A stretch of 64,000 nt of DNA, from positions 41,526,677-41,590,676 of the forward strand of contig NC_057731.1 in assembly GCF_004010195.1 (NCBI RefSeq), in the 5' to 3' direction. How positions within the stretch are numbered: the stretch's first letter is position 1; each line of letters starts with the position of its first letter. Origin of the DNA: Chiloscyllium plagiosum (taxonomy: Eukaryota). The position numbers and the translations under genes are program-made. Below are positions 1-13,317 of this stretch, piece by piece. The notes below the pieces were generated by a model. That model searched no databases and was not told where the DNA came from. It was given only the letters and a program-made list of their open reading frames with translations.

Positions 1-252
1 AGACGGAGAATGTGAAGCCCAGACTAATCGGAAACAGAATTAGGCCAAGATCACCAGGGTAAGGAGGGGGAGGGAAAACTCAGGGAGAGGGTTAACATCA
101 GGGCTCCCATTGGCATTGGGTGCTTGAACAGGAGACACTCTCCTTAGTGTTGTCTGACAGGGAATTACAACTCACCAGTGACCAGAAGAATAACCAGACA
201 TGCAAGGGTATTATCATGGTCATCAGTACAGGTTGTGTATCTGCAGACCCTA

Positions 253-1453
253 GGAACATAAGAAATAAGAGAAGGGTAGGCTCGTCAGCCCCTCAAGCCT
301 GCCCCTTCATTCCACAAAACCATGGCCCCAACTCCTGTTTTGTACCATCTCTTCAGAGCTCTCAACTCAATATTTGAAAAATATGTCTACCTCCTCTGAA
401 TACTTTCAATGATCCACCTTTCTTGGGTGGAGAATTCCAGACTTTCACTCTCCTCAGATAGAAAGAAATTTCTTATGTCTTAGTTTTCAGTCAGTACCCC
501 CTTATTCTGTAACTGCATCCCTTAGTTTGCAATTCTCTGACTTGTGGGAATATCTTCTCAACATCTACCTTGTCAATCCCCTCCCCCCCACCAGAATCTT
601 TTATGTTTCAAGATCACCCCTCAATCTTCTAAACTCTAATGAATAAAAGCCTAAACTGTCTACTCAAACTAGTAAAGCAAACCTTTCAAACCAAGAATTA
701 GCCCAGTGAATCTCTTTTGAATTGTCTCCAATGCCAATAAATTCCTTCTTGAAAATGAGGCCCAAAACTGTGCACAGGACTCAAGATGCGACCTCACACA
801 CGCCCGATTCACTTTGTAACAAGACATCCTTATTTTTAAATTCCAACCCCAGCAAAATAAAGGCCAAAATTTGATCTGTTTTCTTAATTATTTGCTGCAC
901 CTGCATGCTGGCTTTTGATGTCACACCGAAGAACAGTGAGAATTCTCTGAACTACACGTTTTCAGTCTCTTTCAACTTAAATATTAGTCTGCCCTTTGCT
1001 TCTTCCTACAAAAATACATGACCTCCAATGTTCATACATTAAACTCCATCTGCCAACGTTTTTCCTACTCATCCAACCCATCAATATCGCCTCGCAGATT
1101 CCTTATGACCTCATCACAGTAAGGTCTCACACCTACTTTTGTATTGTCAGTAAACTTGGATATATTACATTCCAACTCCAACTCCAAGGCATTACTAGAG
1201 ATAGTAAATAATTGAGGCCCTGGGACTGATCCTGAGAGTGCTCCACTAGTTAGCCTTTCTAATCTAAAGCAGACGCATCAACCCCAAGTCTCTGTTTTCT
1301 GTGTGTTAACCAATCCTCAAATCTTGCTAGTGTATTATCCACAATACCAGGATATCCCATTTTGTGCAGTAATCTTTTAAGTCACTCCTTATAGAGTGCC
1401 TTCTAGAAATCCAAACACACTACATTTACTGGTTCCTCTTTATCAACTCTGCT
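253..1453 (-). mobile_element. Old, decayed CR1-type LINE 3' portion (host of the nested young CR1)
   Basis: Begins with a typical shark CR1 3' tail on the minus strand (ggaacataagaaataagagaagggtagg...gcccctcaagcctgccc). Degenerate RT motifs follow, including a VVCLDFxKAL-like segment at about 1395-1425. Confidence 0.7.
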
Positions 1454-1458
1454 GAGAG

Positions 1459-4150
1459 TCATAGAGTCATAGAGATGTACAGCATAGAAACAGAACATTT
1501 GGTCCAGCCCGTCCATGCCGACCAGATCTCCAAACCTAATCCCTCCAAACCCTTCCTATTCATATACCTATCCAGATGTCTTTTAAATGCTGCAATTGTA
1601 CCAGCCTCCACCACTTCCTCTGAGAGCTCATTCCATACACGCACCACCCTTTGTGCAAAAAGGTTGCCGCTTAGGTCCCTCTTATAACTTTCCCGTCTCA
1701 CCCTAAACCTATGGCCTCTAGTTCTGGACTCCCCCAGGGAAAAGACTTTGTCTATTTATCCTATCCATGCCCCTCATGATTTTATAAACCTCTATAAGGT
1801 CACCCCTCAGCCTCATATGCTCCACGGAAAACAGCCCCAGCCTATTCAGCCTCTCCCTATAGCTCAAATCCTCCAACTCTGGCAATATCCTTGTAAATCT
1901 TTTCTGAACCCTTTCAAGTTTCACAACATCTTTCTGATAGGATGGAGACCATAATTGCACACAATATTCCACAAGTGGCTAAAAGCAGCATCATGATCTC
2001 CCAACTCCTGTACTCAATACTTTGACCAATAAAGGAAAGCATACCAAATACCGCCTTCACTATCCACTTTAAAGGATCTATGAACCTGTACTCCAAGGTC
2101 TCTTTGTTCAGCAACACTCCCTCGGACCTTACCATTAGGTGTATAAGTCCTGCGAAGATTTGCTTTCCCAAAATGTAGCACCTCGCATTTATCTAAATTA
2201 AACTCCATCTGCCACCTTTCAGCCCATTGGTCCATCTGATCATGATCCCATTGTAATCTGAGGTAACCTTCTTCGCTGTCCACTACACTTCCAATTTTGG
2301 TGTCATCTGCAAACTTACTAACTGTACCTCTTAAGCTCACATCCAAATCATTTATGTAAATGATGAAAAGTAGTGGACCCTGCACCAATCCTTGTGGCAC
2401 TCCACTGGTCACAGGCCTCCAGTCTGAAAAGCAACCCTCCACCACCACCCTCTGTCATCTACCTTTGAGCCAGTTCTGTATCCAAATGGCTAGTTCTCCC
2501 TGTATTCCGTGAGATCTAACCTTGCTAATCAGTCTCCCATGGGAACCTTGTCAACGCCTTACTGAAGTCCATATAGATCACATCTACCACTCTGCCCTCA
2601 TCAATCCTCTTTATTACTTCTTCAAAAAACTCAATAAAGTTTGTTATACATGATTTCCCATGCACAAAGCCATGTTGACTATCCCTAATCAGTCCTTGCC
2701 TTTCCAAATACATGTACATCCTGTTCCTCAGGATTCCCTCCAACAACTTGCCCACCACTGATGTCAGGCTCACTGGTCTATAGTTCCCTGGCTTGTCCTT
2801 ACCACCTTACAGTAATAATGTTAGCCAACCTCCAATCTTCTGGCACCTCACCTATGGCTATCGATGTTGCAAATATCTCAGCAAGGGGCCCAGCAATCAC
2901 TTCTCTAGCTTCCCACAGAGTTCTTGGGTACACCTGATCAGGTCCTGGGGATTTATCTACCTTTTTCATTTCAAGACATCCAGCGCTTTCTCCTCTGTAA
3001 TATGGACATTTTTCAAGATGCCACCATCTATTTCCCTACATTCTATATCTTCCATGTCCTTTTCCACAGTAAACACTGATGCAAAATACTCGTTTAGTAT
3101 CTCCCCCCATCTCCTGTGACTCTACACAAAGGTTGCCTTGCTAATCTTTGAGGGGCCCTATTCACTCCCTTATTACCCTTTTGTCCTTAATGTATTTGTA
3201 AAAACCCTTCGGATACTCATTAACCCAATTTGCCAAAACTATCTGATGTCCCCTTTCTGTCCTCCTAATTTTCCTCTTAAATATACTCCTACTGCCTTTA
3301 TACTCTTCTAAGGATTCACTTATCTATCTTACCTGTATCTGACACATGCTTCCTTCTTTTCCTTAATCAAACCCTCAATTTCTCTGGTCATCCAGTATTC
3401 CCTGCACCTTCCAGCCTTTCCTTTCACCCAAACAGAAATATACTGTCTCTGGGCTCTCGTTAGTTCTTGCCAGATACTGTCAAAATTAGCCTTTTTCCAA
3501 TTTAGAACTTCAACTTTTAGGTCTGGACTATCCTTTCCATTACTATTTTAAAACTAATAGAATTATGGTCGCTTGCCCCAAAGTGCTCCCCCACTGACAC
3601 CTCAGTCACCTGCCTTATTTCCAAGGGTAGGTCAAGTTTTACACCTTCTCTAGTAGGTACATCCACATACTGAATCAGAAAAATTTCTTGCACAGTCTTA
3701 ACCAATTCCTCTCCATGTAAACGCTTAACACTATGGCAGTCCCAGTCTATGTTTGGAAGGTTAAAATCCCCTACCATAACCACCCTATTATTCTTACAGA
3801 TAACTGAAATCTTGTTACAAATTTGTTTCTCAATTTCCTTCTGACTATTAGGGTGTCTATAATACAATCCCAATAAGGTGATCATCCTTTCTTATTTCTC
3901 AGTTCCACACAAATAACTTCCCTGGTTGTATTTCTGGGAATATTCTCCCTCAGTACAGCTGTAATGCTTTCCCTTCTCAAAAATGCCACTCCCCCTCCTC
4001 TCTTTCCTCCCTTTCTGTCCTTCCTGCAGCATTTGTATCCTGGAACATTAAGCTGCCAGTCCTGTCCATCCCTGAGCCAGGTTTCTGTAATTGCTATGAT
4101 ATCCTAGTCCCACCTTGTTCTCTGCTTTGTCCCTGCCTGCCCTGACTGCT
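1459..4150 (-). pseudogene. CR1 ORF2 remnant (APE endonuclease and reverse transcriptase)
   Basis: ORF-track pieces 3517-3885, 2525-2773, 2014-2448, 1718-1972 and 1459-1701 are collinear with CR1 ORF2. Confidence 0.9.
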
Positions 4151-4199
4151 TGACTCGCTTTTGTTCTCAACTGTACCAGTCTCAGATTGACCTCTTGCC

Positions 4200-5134
4200 T
4201 CACTATCTCCATGGGTCTCACCCCCTCCACCTCCTGAGCAGCTCTAGAAGATCTCCCTGCCAGTATATTAGTCCCCTTCCAATTCAGATGTAATCCGTCC
4301 TTCTTGTACAGGTCACTTCTACCCCAGAAGAGATTTAATGATCCAAAACTGTGAATCCTTCTCCTATACACCAGCTCCTTAGTCATGCATTCATCTGCTC
4401 TATCCTCCTATTCCTAAACTCATTAGCTCGTAGCAACTGGAGTAATCCAGATATTAATACCCTCGAAGACCACCTTTTTGAATTCCTGCCTAACTCTCTA
4501 TATCCTCCCTTCAGAATCTCAACCTTTTCCCTACCTATGTGTACAATGACATCCTGCTGGTCTCTCTCCCATTTGATAACATCCTGCACCCTCTCAGAGA
4601 CATGCTTGATTCTGGCACTAGAGAGGCAACACACAATTCTGATTTTTCACTGCTGGCCACAGAAACATCTGTCTGTGCCCTTGACTAGAGAGTCCCCTGA
4701 CACAATCTATCACTTGGAACCCAATGTACCCCTCATTACTTACAGCTAGTCCTGATACCAGAAACTTGGCTGTTTGTGCTACTTCCCCTGAAAGTCCATC
4801 ACCCCCTACATTTTTCAAAATAGCATACTTGCTTGAAATAGGGATAGCCACAGAAGACTCCTGTACCACTGCCTACCTCTCCTACCTTTCTTGGAACTAA
4901 CCCATTTACTTGACTGTATCTGTGGCTTTTCTCCCTTCCTATAACTGCCATCCATCGCATCCCCTTCCTCTTGTAAATTCCTCATTACCTCTAACTGTCG
5001 GTCCAATCGATCCATTTGATATGACAGGATTTGCAACCAATGACATTTATTGCAGATATAATCCTCAGTAACCCTAAACTCTCCCAAATCTCCCACATCC
5101 GACAAGAAGAGTATATCACTCTAATAAAGGCCAT
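4200..5134 (-). pseudogene. CR1 ORF1 remnant: N-terminal Cys finger, coiled coil and SGNH/GDSL esterase
   Basis: ATG at 5134 reads MAFIRVIYSSCRMWE. Later fragments read YICNKCHWLQIL..RLDRQLEVMRNLQE, CCLSSARIKHVSERVQ and LYKKDGLHLNWKGTNILAGR (DxxH block). Multiple frameshifts. Confidence 0.85.
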
Positions 5135-5759
5135 TTTTCTCCTTCTAATCTACAGGCCCAGAAAATAGCACCATCTTATTGCTCTACAAAACATTGCTCC
5201 AGGCTAGCTTAATACTTATGGTGTATATTTTTAAAATTTAATCAAGAGACAGATCCCAATAAAAACATATAATCAAGAAAGAACCCACTCTACTCATTCA
5301 TGTATATTTACAGCAAGGCTATACTTGAAACTATTTACTTATCTGTTTCTGTGGTGTGACCTCTCCCAAACAGGTTCCTCTCAGATCAATTGTGAATTTC
5401 GCTGTTTGTTAAGTTTTCCTAGACATACTCCGATATCCAGCAATACATGAATTCAAACAGCAAAGGCAGTAACTGTGCAGATTCACTGCTGTGTCAGTTA
5501 GCAGTGTAGGTTTCTTTCTCTCTCTCCCTTACATAGCATGAGTTTGCTGCCTTTGTCTGTCTCTCCCCATTTTAAAAGATTAGAAGTTTTGACTTTTTTT
5601 CCTCCAAAGTTCCAAAACAATGCAACAGCATTTAAAACAGTAATTGCTGCTCCTCGATTTCGAGGAAATTATCTCCAACACCTAAAATACGTCAAAAAAA
5701 GGAGCAGCTTGTTACAGCCAGAAATTTTTCCCATACTCCATTTTGGATTACCCAGAATG

Positions 5760-5826
5760 CAAGTTTGTTATGATCTCAAAAAATTCTAAAACATAATTTC
5801 CCTTTCATGCAACCATGTTGAATCTG
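5760..5826 (-). mobile_element. Continuation of the older CR1 interrupted at 1453
   Basis: cctttcatgcaaccatgttgaatc read in reverse complement encodes a QHGxMKG-like motif, which lies immediately upstream of the DFxKA segment left at about 1400-1450. Confidence 0.6.
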
Positions 5827-6329
5827 TTTAATTGGATTAAGCTCCTGGTAGTCACCTATTTACTGTAACTGGTTGATATTCAAAAAAATGAAACTCAACT
5901 CGAGGAAATATGCTAAAGGATGAAAAGCTAAAATAAACCATAGACTGCCGTAGAAATAACAAATAAAGAACAGATATTAAGTATGAGCATTTAGTTGGTT
6001 ATGCTGCTGGTGTACTGACAATGTCACTTATAAGAACATGATAATGACTGCTTTATAACCTCTGAAACACATTGGCACAGGTAACAATACCCCAATATAA
6101 TCTTGGCACCTTAAAGCCTGATTAATTTAAACTCTTTGCTGAAAGGTATGTATGAATTTTATACCAGTATAAAAGAATTGCTAAGTTTTTAGTCTGACTG
6201 GATAACCTACAAGTACGGAGTTCACCCATATAGGATTTGTAATTCCTTTAGGATATGGACAGCAAGAAGACTGCTTGAGATTCTGTGCTGCCATGCTTAG
6301 CTCATTGACAATGATTGATTTATTTGATT

Positions 6330-7000
6330 TGTTCATTTTCATGTGTATTTTGTTACGAGATACAGTCAAAAGTGTTGTATAATGTGTCACCACTCTCCAA
6401 TACCATCTTAAAACACAGAAAAATAAATCAAAACATAGAATATAAAATCAGTAAAATAAAGAAATAAAGAAAGTGTTCAACTTTGTTGTCATTCTTATGA
6501 AGTGCTCCGTCATGGTCCATGGGTCCATGGGTCCTTCACCATGTCACTGCTGCTGAAACAAGAGTCACTACTCTTCGGTGCCATCTCACCTTCACCAATG
6601 CCTTCACGCTATGACTCCTCGATGGATCTCACCAATGCAGATATGACCGATGCCACCACGTAGCGCATCGGCCCGAACTCCCCTTTGCCACTGCCTCCCT
6701 CAATCTGAGCTGGACGCAGACACCATTAGGAACCCAAGTTCCCCTCTGCATCAGCGGCCAATAGTCAGCGCTAACACTGCCTCACCAATGCATAAGCTGC
6801 CAGAGCCAAAACTCCCTCCGACGCAGCCACCCTGCATTGCTGGGCCAACTCATTGCCAATGATGCATCACCACGACCAACCTTATCAACAAGAAGTAAGT
6901 AAAACAAAAGACAGAAAAAGGGAGAAAACAAATGAAAAGAAAAGTGAACTGAGGGGACAAGCCCCAGGCTCAGAAACCCTACTCCACTACCATCTTACCG
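6330..7000 (-). mobile_element. Probable non-autonomous LINE derivative (Rex/Babar-like ends)
   Basis: Minus-strand 5' start aagatggtagtggagtaggg near 6995, a GC-rich body, and a gatacagtcaaaagtgttgt-type end near 6360. Recognised by resemblance only. Confidence 0.35.
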
Positions 7001-7799
7001 AAACATGTATAAAATGCATGTGTAAATAGATGTAGAACTTTCTTATAACCCAATGTAGCTCTGTACATTTAAACTGTGTTTCCAATTTGTATGACACCTA
7101 CCATCCTGCTCCCAAGCATCTAAAACAGTTAGCCAACCATATTGTCTTTACTGATTGTAGATCATTTATACATGGAATCCTATCCTTTAATATTGACAGC
7201 ACTGTGATGTACTAGTCATCTGTAACTATCACACTGTGGTTCTTATCTTAATACCAGTAACATAAGGGTAGGACTTAGGGTTATATTGTACTTGAGAATG
7301 TAATGGCTGTTTGTTACAGCTCCTGGTATTTACATATGTATGTCACAATCACAGGCACTTGTGTTTTTAGGCTCATGCAAAGCAATTTGGATATACTGCA
7401 GCATGTTTCTGTCAGTATGCCATGCTCCAAGAGGACAGAGCAGTAAGATGGAGTCTGAGAGGTTTATACCATTAGCTCACATGCACTGATATGGTGATGG
7501 CATCATGAGCATGCCCCTTAGTGGTATTCCACACATCTGCTACGAGATAAACCACAACAGGCAGTTGACCTGAAAGGGTTAATACTGAATGTACTATAGC
7601 TCCACCCACTGATATGGTAGTCTCTGGGTGGATCTAGTCAGACTACAGTTTGACTTTAGTTTGCAATCATGTGGTTTAGATCTAGCTATTATCTCGTAGA
7701 AGACAACAGTATCTCATACTAACAGCAAAATAAGCTGATAGGTGTTAGCTTATTTCTTACTATTACGTAAAGGTTTATTTCCTGTTTCACAAGAATGTG

Positions 7800-8750
7800 C
7801 TTCTTCTGTTGAAACTTCCACGTACTCACCTGTTAATATACAATATTAGTAAAGCCTTAGATGAATCCTCGAAGACAAATGGCTGGCAGCTTTCGATCCA
7901 TGGCTTTCATACACTTTTGAGGTGCATGTCTAGCAAAGTGCCCCTTTACAACAAGGTGCCTGCTGTGGGCATCTCTTTCAACATTGATAATGGATAATGG
8001 AGCTGGAATCATCCTGAGCTACAGCTGATGGCATTCTATAGCTTACAAGTGCAACATTTTTCCAAAGTGTCTGTGAGGCTGTTCTGCAGCAAGGGATGCT
8101 GAATTTAGTATTCTCATTGGCTTGCAGGCAAAAGCCAACTGCTACCTCAGTTATACAGTGATGAATCACAAACTTCTGATCTCTACAGTAATGGATTAGA
8201 TTCCCTACAGTGTGGAAGCAGGCCATTTGGCCCAACACGTCCACACCGACCTTCCAAAGAGTAACCCACCTCCCTCCAACAAATGCATCTAATATTATGG
8301 GCAATTTAGCATGGCCAATTCAGCTAACCTGCACATTTTTGGACTGTGGGGGGAATCCATAGCAAACCCACACAGACACAGGGAGAATGTGCAAACTCCA
8401 AACAGGCAGTCACCCAAGGCTGGAATCGAACCCAGGTCCCTAGCACTATGAGGCACTATGTGCTAGCCATTGAGCCGCCGTGCCACCCCAATGCAATGCA
8501 ACCTACAAGATAAAGGTGTACTCTCGCTACTTTTAGTGGCTGCAATACTGCCTCCAGGAGATGCCACTGTCTACCACATTCTGTTGAGGTAAAGGCTTCT
8601 GTTCAAGAACAGACTTGATTTCATGGTTGCAATATTGCTTCTTCAAACATTGTGTTTTGTGCCCCATCTGGGCACATAATGTAGGCTGAAATTTCATTTC
8701 CCAATCAGAGCTCTGGTCTAATATTTCAGTCATCCCTCTGTCCATTCTGG
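7800..8750 (+). mobile_element. Highly decayed Gypsy/Ty3 pol (RNase H region), interrupted by an HE1 SINE
   Basis: EAVLQQ (GAVLxQ-like), MLNLVFS and TVMNHKLLI (TDHKPL-like) occur before the SINE, and LPP...HILLR occurs after it. Confidence 0.45.
8193..8488 (-). mobile_element. HE1-type tRNA-derived SINE
   Basis: Reverse complement begins gggtggcacggcggctcaatgg (box A) and contains gggttcgattcc (box B), the V-domain core tagcatggccaattca, and a LINE-shared tail ending aatctaatc. Confidence 0.9.
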
Positions 8751-9763
8751 AGAATTAAAAACACATCAGGAAAGAAGAGGTGGGCAGCTCTCCTAATGCT
8801 TAAGTTAACATTCTTTCCCTCAACTTGCTCCAATAGGACAGATTATTTGGTTGTCTAAATTATAGTTTGTGCAATCTTGCTGTCCACAAAATGTCGGCTG
8901 GATTACAACAATGACTGGACCTCAAAAATACTTAACTAACTGTGGAAATTACTGAGACGTGACATGAAAGTTGCCATAAGAATACGAATTGTTAGGATTT
9001 TGAAAATTATTTGATGGCGCATTGAGATTTTGTTTTCTGCTGGTCAAGAAATTGAGGACAAAAGAACATTAAAATCTGAGCCAAGTCATTGAAGAGAGAA
9101 GTTCGAAGTCTATTCTTTACAGAGAAAGGGAAGGTAAAACACTGCTTCCACAAAAAGCAGTAGATACTACTAGTTGAATTTGTAATGTTAAATTTGAGAA
9201 AAATTGATTTTTGTTAATTGAGGTTATTACAAGCTTTGGCAGCCAAATGGACTTAGGAACAGCATTCAATGACAGTAAAAGCTTAAGGAGCTAAATCCCA
9301 CAAACCTTTTTCCTATTTCACTTCCAGTTCTGTCTTTCTTACAAACATTATCTTTGACACTGACAAGAATATGTTGCTGGCAGCTACTGGCGATCTCCCT
9401 TCCTTTCCTGACAGTACAGAAGATCTGGTGGTGAATCCCGACTGAGGCTTGTGAATACATTCGCGCTACTCCATATTCAAACAATACTTTATTAACTCAA
9501 ACATACAAAGGATTTTCAACCCCTCAACCTTTTCATAATGTGCTGCATGCCATCCAGCTCATCACATTCCACAACAGCTAAATAAAAACCCAAGGGACAA
9601 CCTCTTGGGTCCAGCTTTAGAAATGCCTGTTCCCTGCAGTGACCCAAACTGAACCCCCTGACCATATATACTGTGAAATTATCAGCAATATCCTTGTGGG
9701 CTCTTAGTATTTACAGTTGGCAAACAGGGATCCAAGTAATTGCAATCCTTCAGAAAATGTACG

Positions 9764-9976
9764 AAGTTAAAAATCACACATCACCAGGTTATAGTCCAAC
9801 AGGTTTATTTGGAAGCACTTGCTTTCGGAGCGCTGCTCTTTCATCAGTATCACTGCACAACCATCTGATGAAGGAGCAGCGCTCCGAAAGCTAGTGCTTC
9901 CAGCTAAACCTGTTGGACTATAACCTGGTGTTGTGTGATTTTTAACTTTGTCCACCCCAATCCAACTCCAAATCAT
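9764..9976. mobile_element. Palindromic PLE-end derivative (84-bp inverted arms 9764-9847 and 9865-9948)
   Basis: Directly visible inverted repeat with a 17-bp spacer; the arms contain a hammerhead motif. Confidence 0.85.
9862..9896 (+). ncRNA. Minimal type-I hammerhead ribozyme motif (CUA cleavage triplet)
   Basis: cat-CTGATGA-a-ggagc-agc-gctcc-GAAA-G/C-TA-gtg. Stem I is cat/gtg, stem II has 5 bp, and stem III is the palindrome AGCT. Confidence 0.7.
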
Positions 9977-11034
9977 TCAAAACATGAGCTCTCATGACAA
10001 AGAAACTGCATACAGCCTATTTTAAAAAACAAATTAACAATATTCTCTTTTCTAGAAATAACAGGAAAATATTGGTCTGTGAGTGATGAAAAAAAAAGCT
10101 TTTTCCATCAAAACGTTTTCAAATTGTAAGAAATGTTGATAAATAGTCATCACCATGACACTTTACTAACAATGTGTTGCTTTAGAATTTACTTGGGGAG
10201 CAATTTTGGTCAATGGAATAACAACACAGGGTCATTTTTGAAATGAACAACTACAGTCAATTCAATACTGCTCCTCAGTGCTGTCAATCTGATTGCCCCC
10301 AATGCAGCAAGATGTGTTTTGCATTGATTATGCCATTGCATTGTTTGCAACTAACGTTCTGAACATTAGTCTGTAAAATATAGCTAGTGTTTTATAAAAT
10401 GAATGACAAAGCATTAAGTTAAAGTATGCAAAAAATACACACAAGAAGCAAGGGAATCTGCTCCTTCCTCCTCTCATTTCTCCTTCAGTGATTAATTTGT
10501 TCTTTTGCCACCTTCAGTAACAACTCATGTTCAAATTGGTCACTGATACATTTTTCAATGCTTCTTAGCAAGTCTCCTCATTTTTATTAATATATTGCTT
10601 TTTCAACAGCACTTTAGTCCAGGTATTTTAACAGTAAACAATGATGGGTAATTTAGCTTTGGAATCCATAAGCTATGCCATTCTCACAAGGCGTTATTCA
10701 GTGAAGTGTTAAACTCACACGAATGCCTCATTCACAGTCTAATTTTGTAATACTGTTTCCACCATTTTCCATTACTATGCAATAAGTCAGTCATTAACAA
10801 AGGGCAAATGCTCATTTTCACTTGATGAGCCATTTTAGTTTGTCACCAAGCAATTCACTTGCAATTTGTGCAGTATAGGCTTCTTTTGGTGCACTGGTAG
10901 TGTAACCTTGGAGCTAGAAGACCCACCCACTCTAGAGCTGTGTTGCAAGGTATCCGAACAGGTTGATGAAAATATCTGCAATTTGTGACATGAATTAATT
11001 GGCTGCAGAGCCTTGCTCAGGAGGGTAAGTCACT

Positions 11035-11390
11035 TTTTTCAATTCTCTCGTGGGATGTGAGCATTGCAGGCAAGACCAGCATTCATTCCCCTTCCCCAGA
11101 TGGTATCTAATGTAGGTACACCATGCTGTTAGATATGCATTTCCGAGATTTTGACCGTGTGGCCGTAAAGACAGGGTATACCACTCCAATCCATCAGGGG
11201 AGGGAGCTTGCAGAAGATGGTGCACCCACCTTTGTTTCCTTTGTACTTTTCAATGGGAGAGCTCACAGATTTGGAAGGTGCTGTCAAAGAGGCTGGGATA
11301 GTTCCTGTAATGTACCTTGTAGATAAGTACACACTGCTGCCACTGTATCCCAGAATTGCATGTTTCGGATGGTGGATGGGGTGAGGATTA
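11035..11390 (-). mobile_element. 3' fragment of an L2/CR1-like LINE family (same family as 26720-27455)
   Basis: ttctctcgtgggatgtgagcattgcaggcaagaccagcatt is the reverse complement of the family 3' end (cacatcccacgagtgaataaaaaa). Confidence 0.6.
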
Positions 11391-11399
11391 AACAGGAGG

Positions 11400-12565
11400 C
11401 TTAGGCTTGTAAGGAGAGCTACATAGTCCACACGAATGATACTGGAAGTAAAAATGATTAAACTATGTGTCAACTTGCCATGAGTTTCATAAGTTGAAAG
11501 TTTGAAGGATATTCGAATTAAAGTGTCTATAATGATAGGGGGACTATAGGGTCAAAAAGGACAACGAGAAACTATAGTTTCTGTTGGTGATTCCAGAACG
11601 TAGGGCATAATCTTAAAACCAAAGCAAGAGATATTTAGGAGTAAACTGAGGAAACCCTTTTTCACAGAAAAAGAAATAGTGAGAATCTATAACTCTTTTC
11701 CCCAAAGAATGTGAACATTGGATCCAAATGAAATGGATCCAAATTGGATCCAAGAATAAGACTGATATATTTTTGTTAAGTATCAAGGGATATGGAGGCA
11801 AATGGGAGCTATCTTTGTCAATGTATTTTCCTTTAAGGATCTACACTTTGTGCATCTCTATCAGACCCCTCCTTAGCCTTCTCTGCTCAAAGGAAAACAA
11901 CCCCAGCATTTTAGTCTCTCCTAACAGCTGAGTCACTGCAGCTCAAGCAACATCCTGGTGGATCTCTTCTGCATCCTCTCTAGTGTGATCACATCCTTCT
12001 TATTGTCCCTCTGATCCTCCGTACTTACTGGATCCTTCAAGTCTATCCTTCCAAAAAGGAACCTTACACTTTTCAGGATTGAATTCCATTTACCGCTGTT
12101 CAGCCGTTTATATTAACCAGTTGTCTAAGGTTCGTCTCCTGCTACTTACAATACCACTAATTTTTGTGCCATCTGAAAGTTTACAGATCATACCTCCTGC
12201 ATTCATATCAAGATCATTAATGTACACTGCAAACAGCAAGAGACACAGCACTGTTTCCAGTCCAAAATCACCTTTCAACCATCACCATCTACTTCCTGCC
12301 ACTAAGCCAATTTTGAATCCAATTTGCCGAACTGCCCTGGATCCAATGGGCTCTTGGTTTCTTAATCTGTCTGCTATGCAAGACCTTGTCAAAAGCCTTA
12401 TTGAAGCCCATGTAAACTACATCAACTGCATTATCCCCATCTACACACCTAGGCACCTCCTCAAAAATTTTACATTTGCTAGACATGATCTCTCCCTTAC
12501 AAAACCGTACTGATTATTCTTGATAAATCATTGCCTGTCCAAGTGGAAGTCAATGCTGTCCCTCA
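11400..12565. mobile_element. Decayed CR1 fragments in both orientations
   Basis: Plus-strand 3' fragment at 11400-11810. Minus-strand RT fragment reads VDVVYMGFNKAFDKV..NWIQNWLSGRK. Confidence 0.7.
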
Positions 12566-12599
12566 GAATTAAATTTCACCCAATCCAAGACTTTAAACT

Positions 12600-12830
12600 G
12601 GGAGTCAGCTCATTTAATGATGTTGTGGTACATGACAACTGCTCTTTCTGCACCCGGTCTGATGAGAGTGCTATTGGCATTGCTGCCAATTGCATTCAGC
12701 AGTACATTAAACTGGTGTTTGTCTGGCTTTTGCCTGAGGCCTGAGGCAACATGGCATCTGCTAAAGTAATGGTGCCAGACGATCCAATCCACATTCTGGC
12801 CTGGGTACTATGTAAGATCCAGGGGCGCCA
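12600..12830 (-). mobile_element. Gypsy-type gag N-terminal remnant
   Basis: WIVWHHYFSRCHVASGLRQKPDKHQFNVLLNAIG resembles the WxxWxxRFxRYxxASGL..QVxTLLYxMG pattern of vertebrate Gypsy gag. Confidence 0.55.
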
Positions 12831-13317
12831 GGAAAGGCAAAGCTTTCTCCAATATCAGGTATGACTTATGGCAGCCGAAAGCATTTCACTTTGCTGTACC
12901 TTGTTAGTGCTGCACAGATATCTTCCCCATCCATGTTCCAGTTACTTGATTTTTCACACAGTCCTGCTGCTCCTAGTTGCTGCTTGGTTTCTCTTTGGGT
13001 TTATTCTCTTTTTCTGCAACCAAATTACAGGACTGGCTTTGTCTGTCATCACTACTGTCCAGTCTCGGGGCTTCACTTCAGGTGCTCACTTGATGCTAGT
13101 TCTGTCTGGTCACCGCTTGCCATCACGGAGAAAGATTTAGGTCTGGACCGCTGATAGAAGGTAGTCCATTCAGTGAACAACAACAGCCTTTTTTAAGAAT
13201 AGACACTCAGTCCAGGAGATGGTAACAGATGTTATCTCTGAAACACTCTATTTCCAGTTCCATGTGATTTCATATCATTATGACAAAGCTCCTTACACAC
13301 ATTACTATTATTAAAGT

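Larger units (their letters stand above)
1454..5757 (-). mobile_element. Near full-length CR1/HER1-like LINE (5'UTR, ORF1, ORF2, 3' ctctatga tail), frameshifted
   Basis: ORF fragments give RT motifs (SQHGF, YMDFSKA, GVPQG..GPLLF, KFADDTK, LRGDLIEVYK) and APE endonuclease motifs (GLYYRHP, VGDFN, SDH). The 3' tail (gagtcata)n lies at 1454-1473. ORF1 lies upstream of ORF2. Confidence 0.93.

Noticed and set aside
8400-8490. tRNA genes at SINE heads (also 34945, 39560-39634, 42310-42371, 46974)
   Set aside because: Boxes A and B continue into SINE cores and tails, with no complete cloverleaf.
9764-9948. Pre-miRNA or DNA-transposon MITE
   Set aside because: The arms carry the hammerhead and PLE terminal sequence, and one side has an extra tail, which fits an inverted PLE end better.
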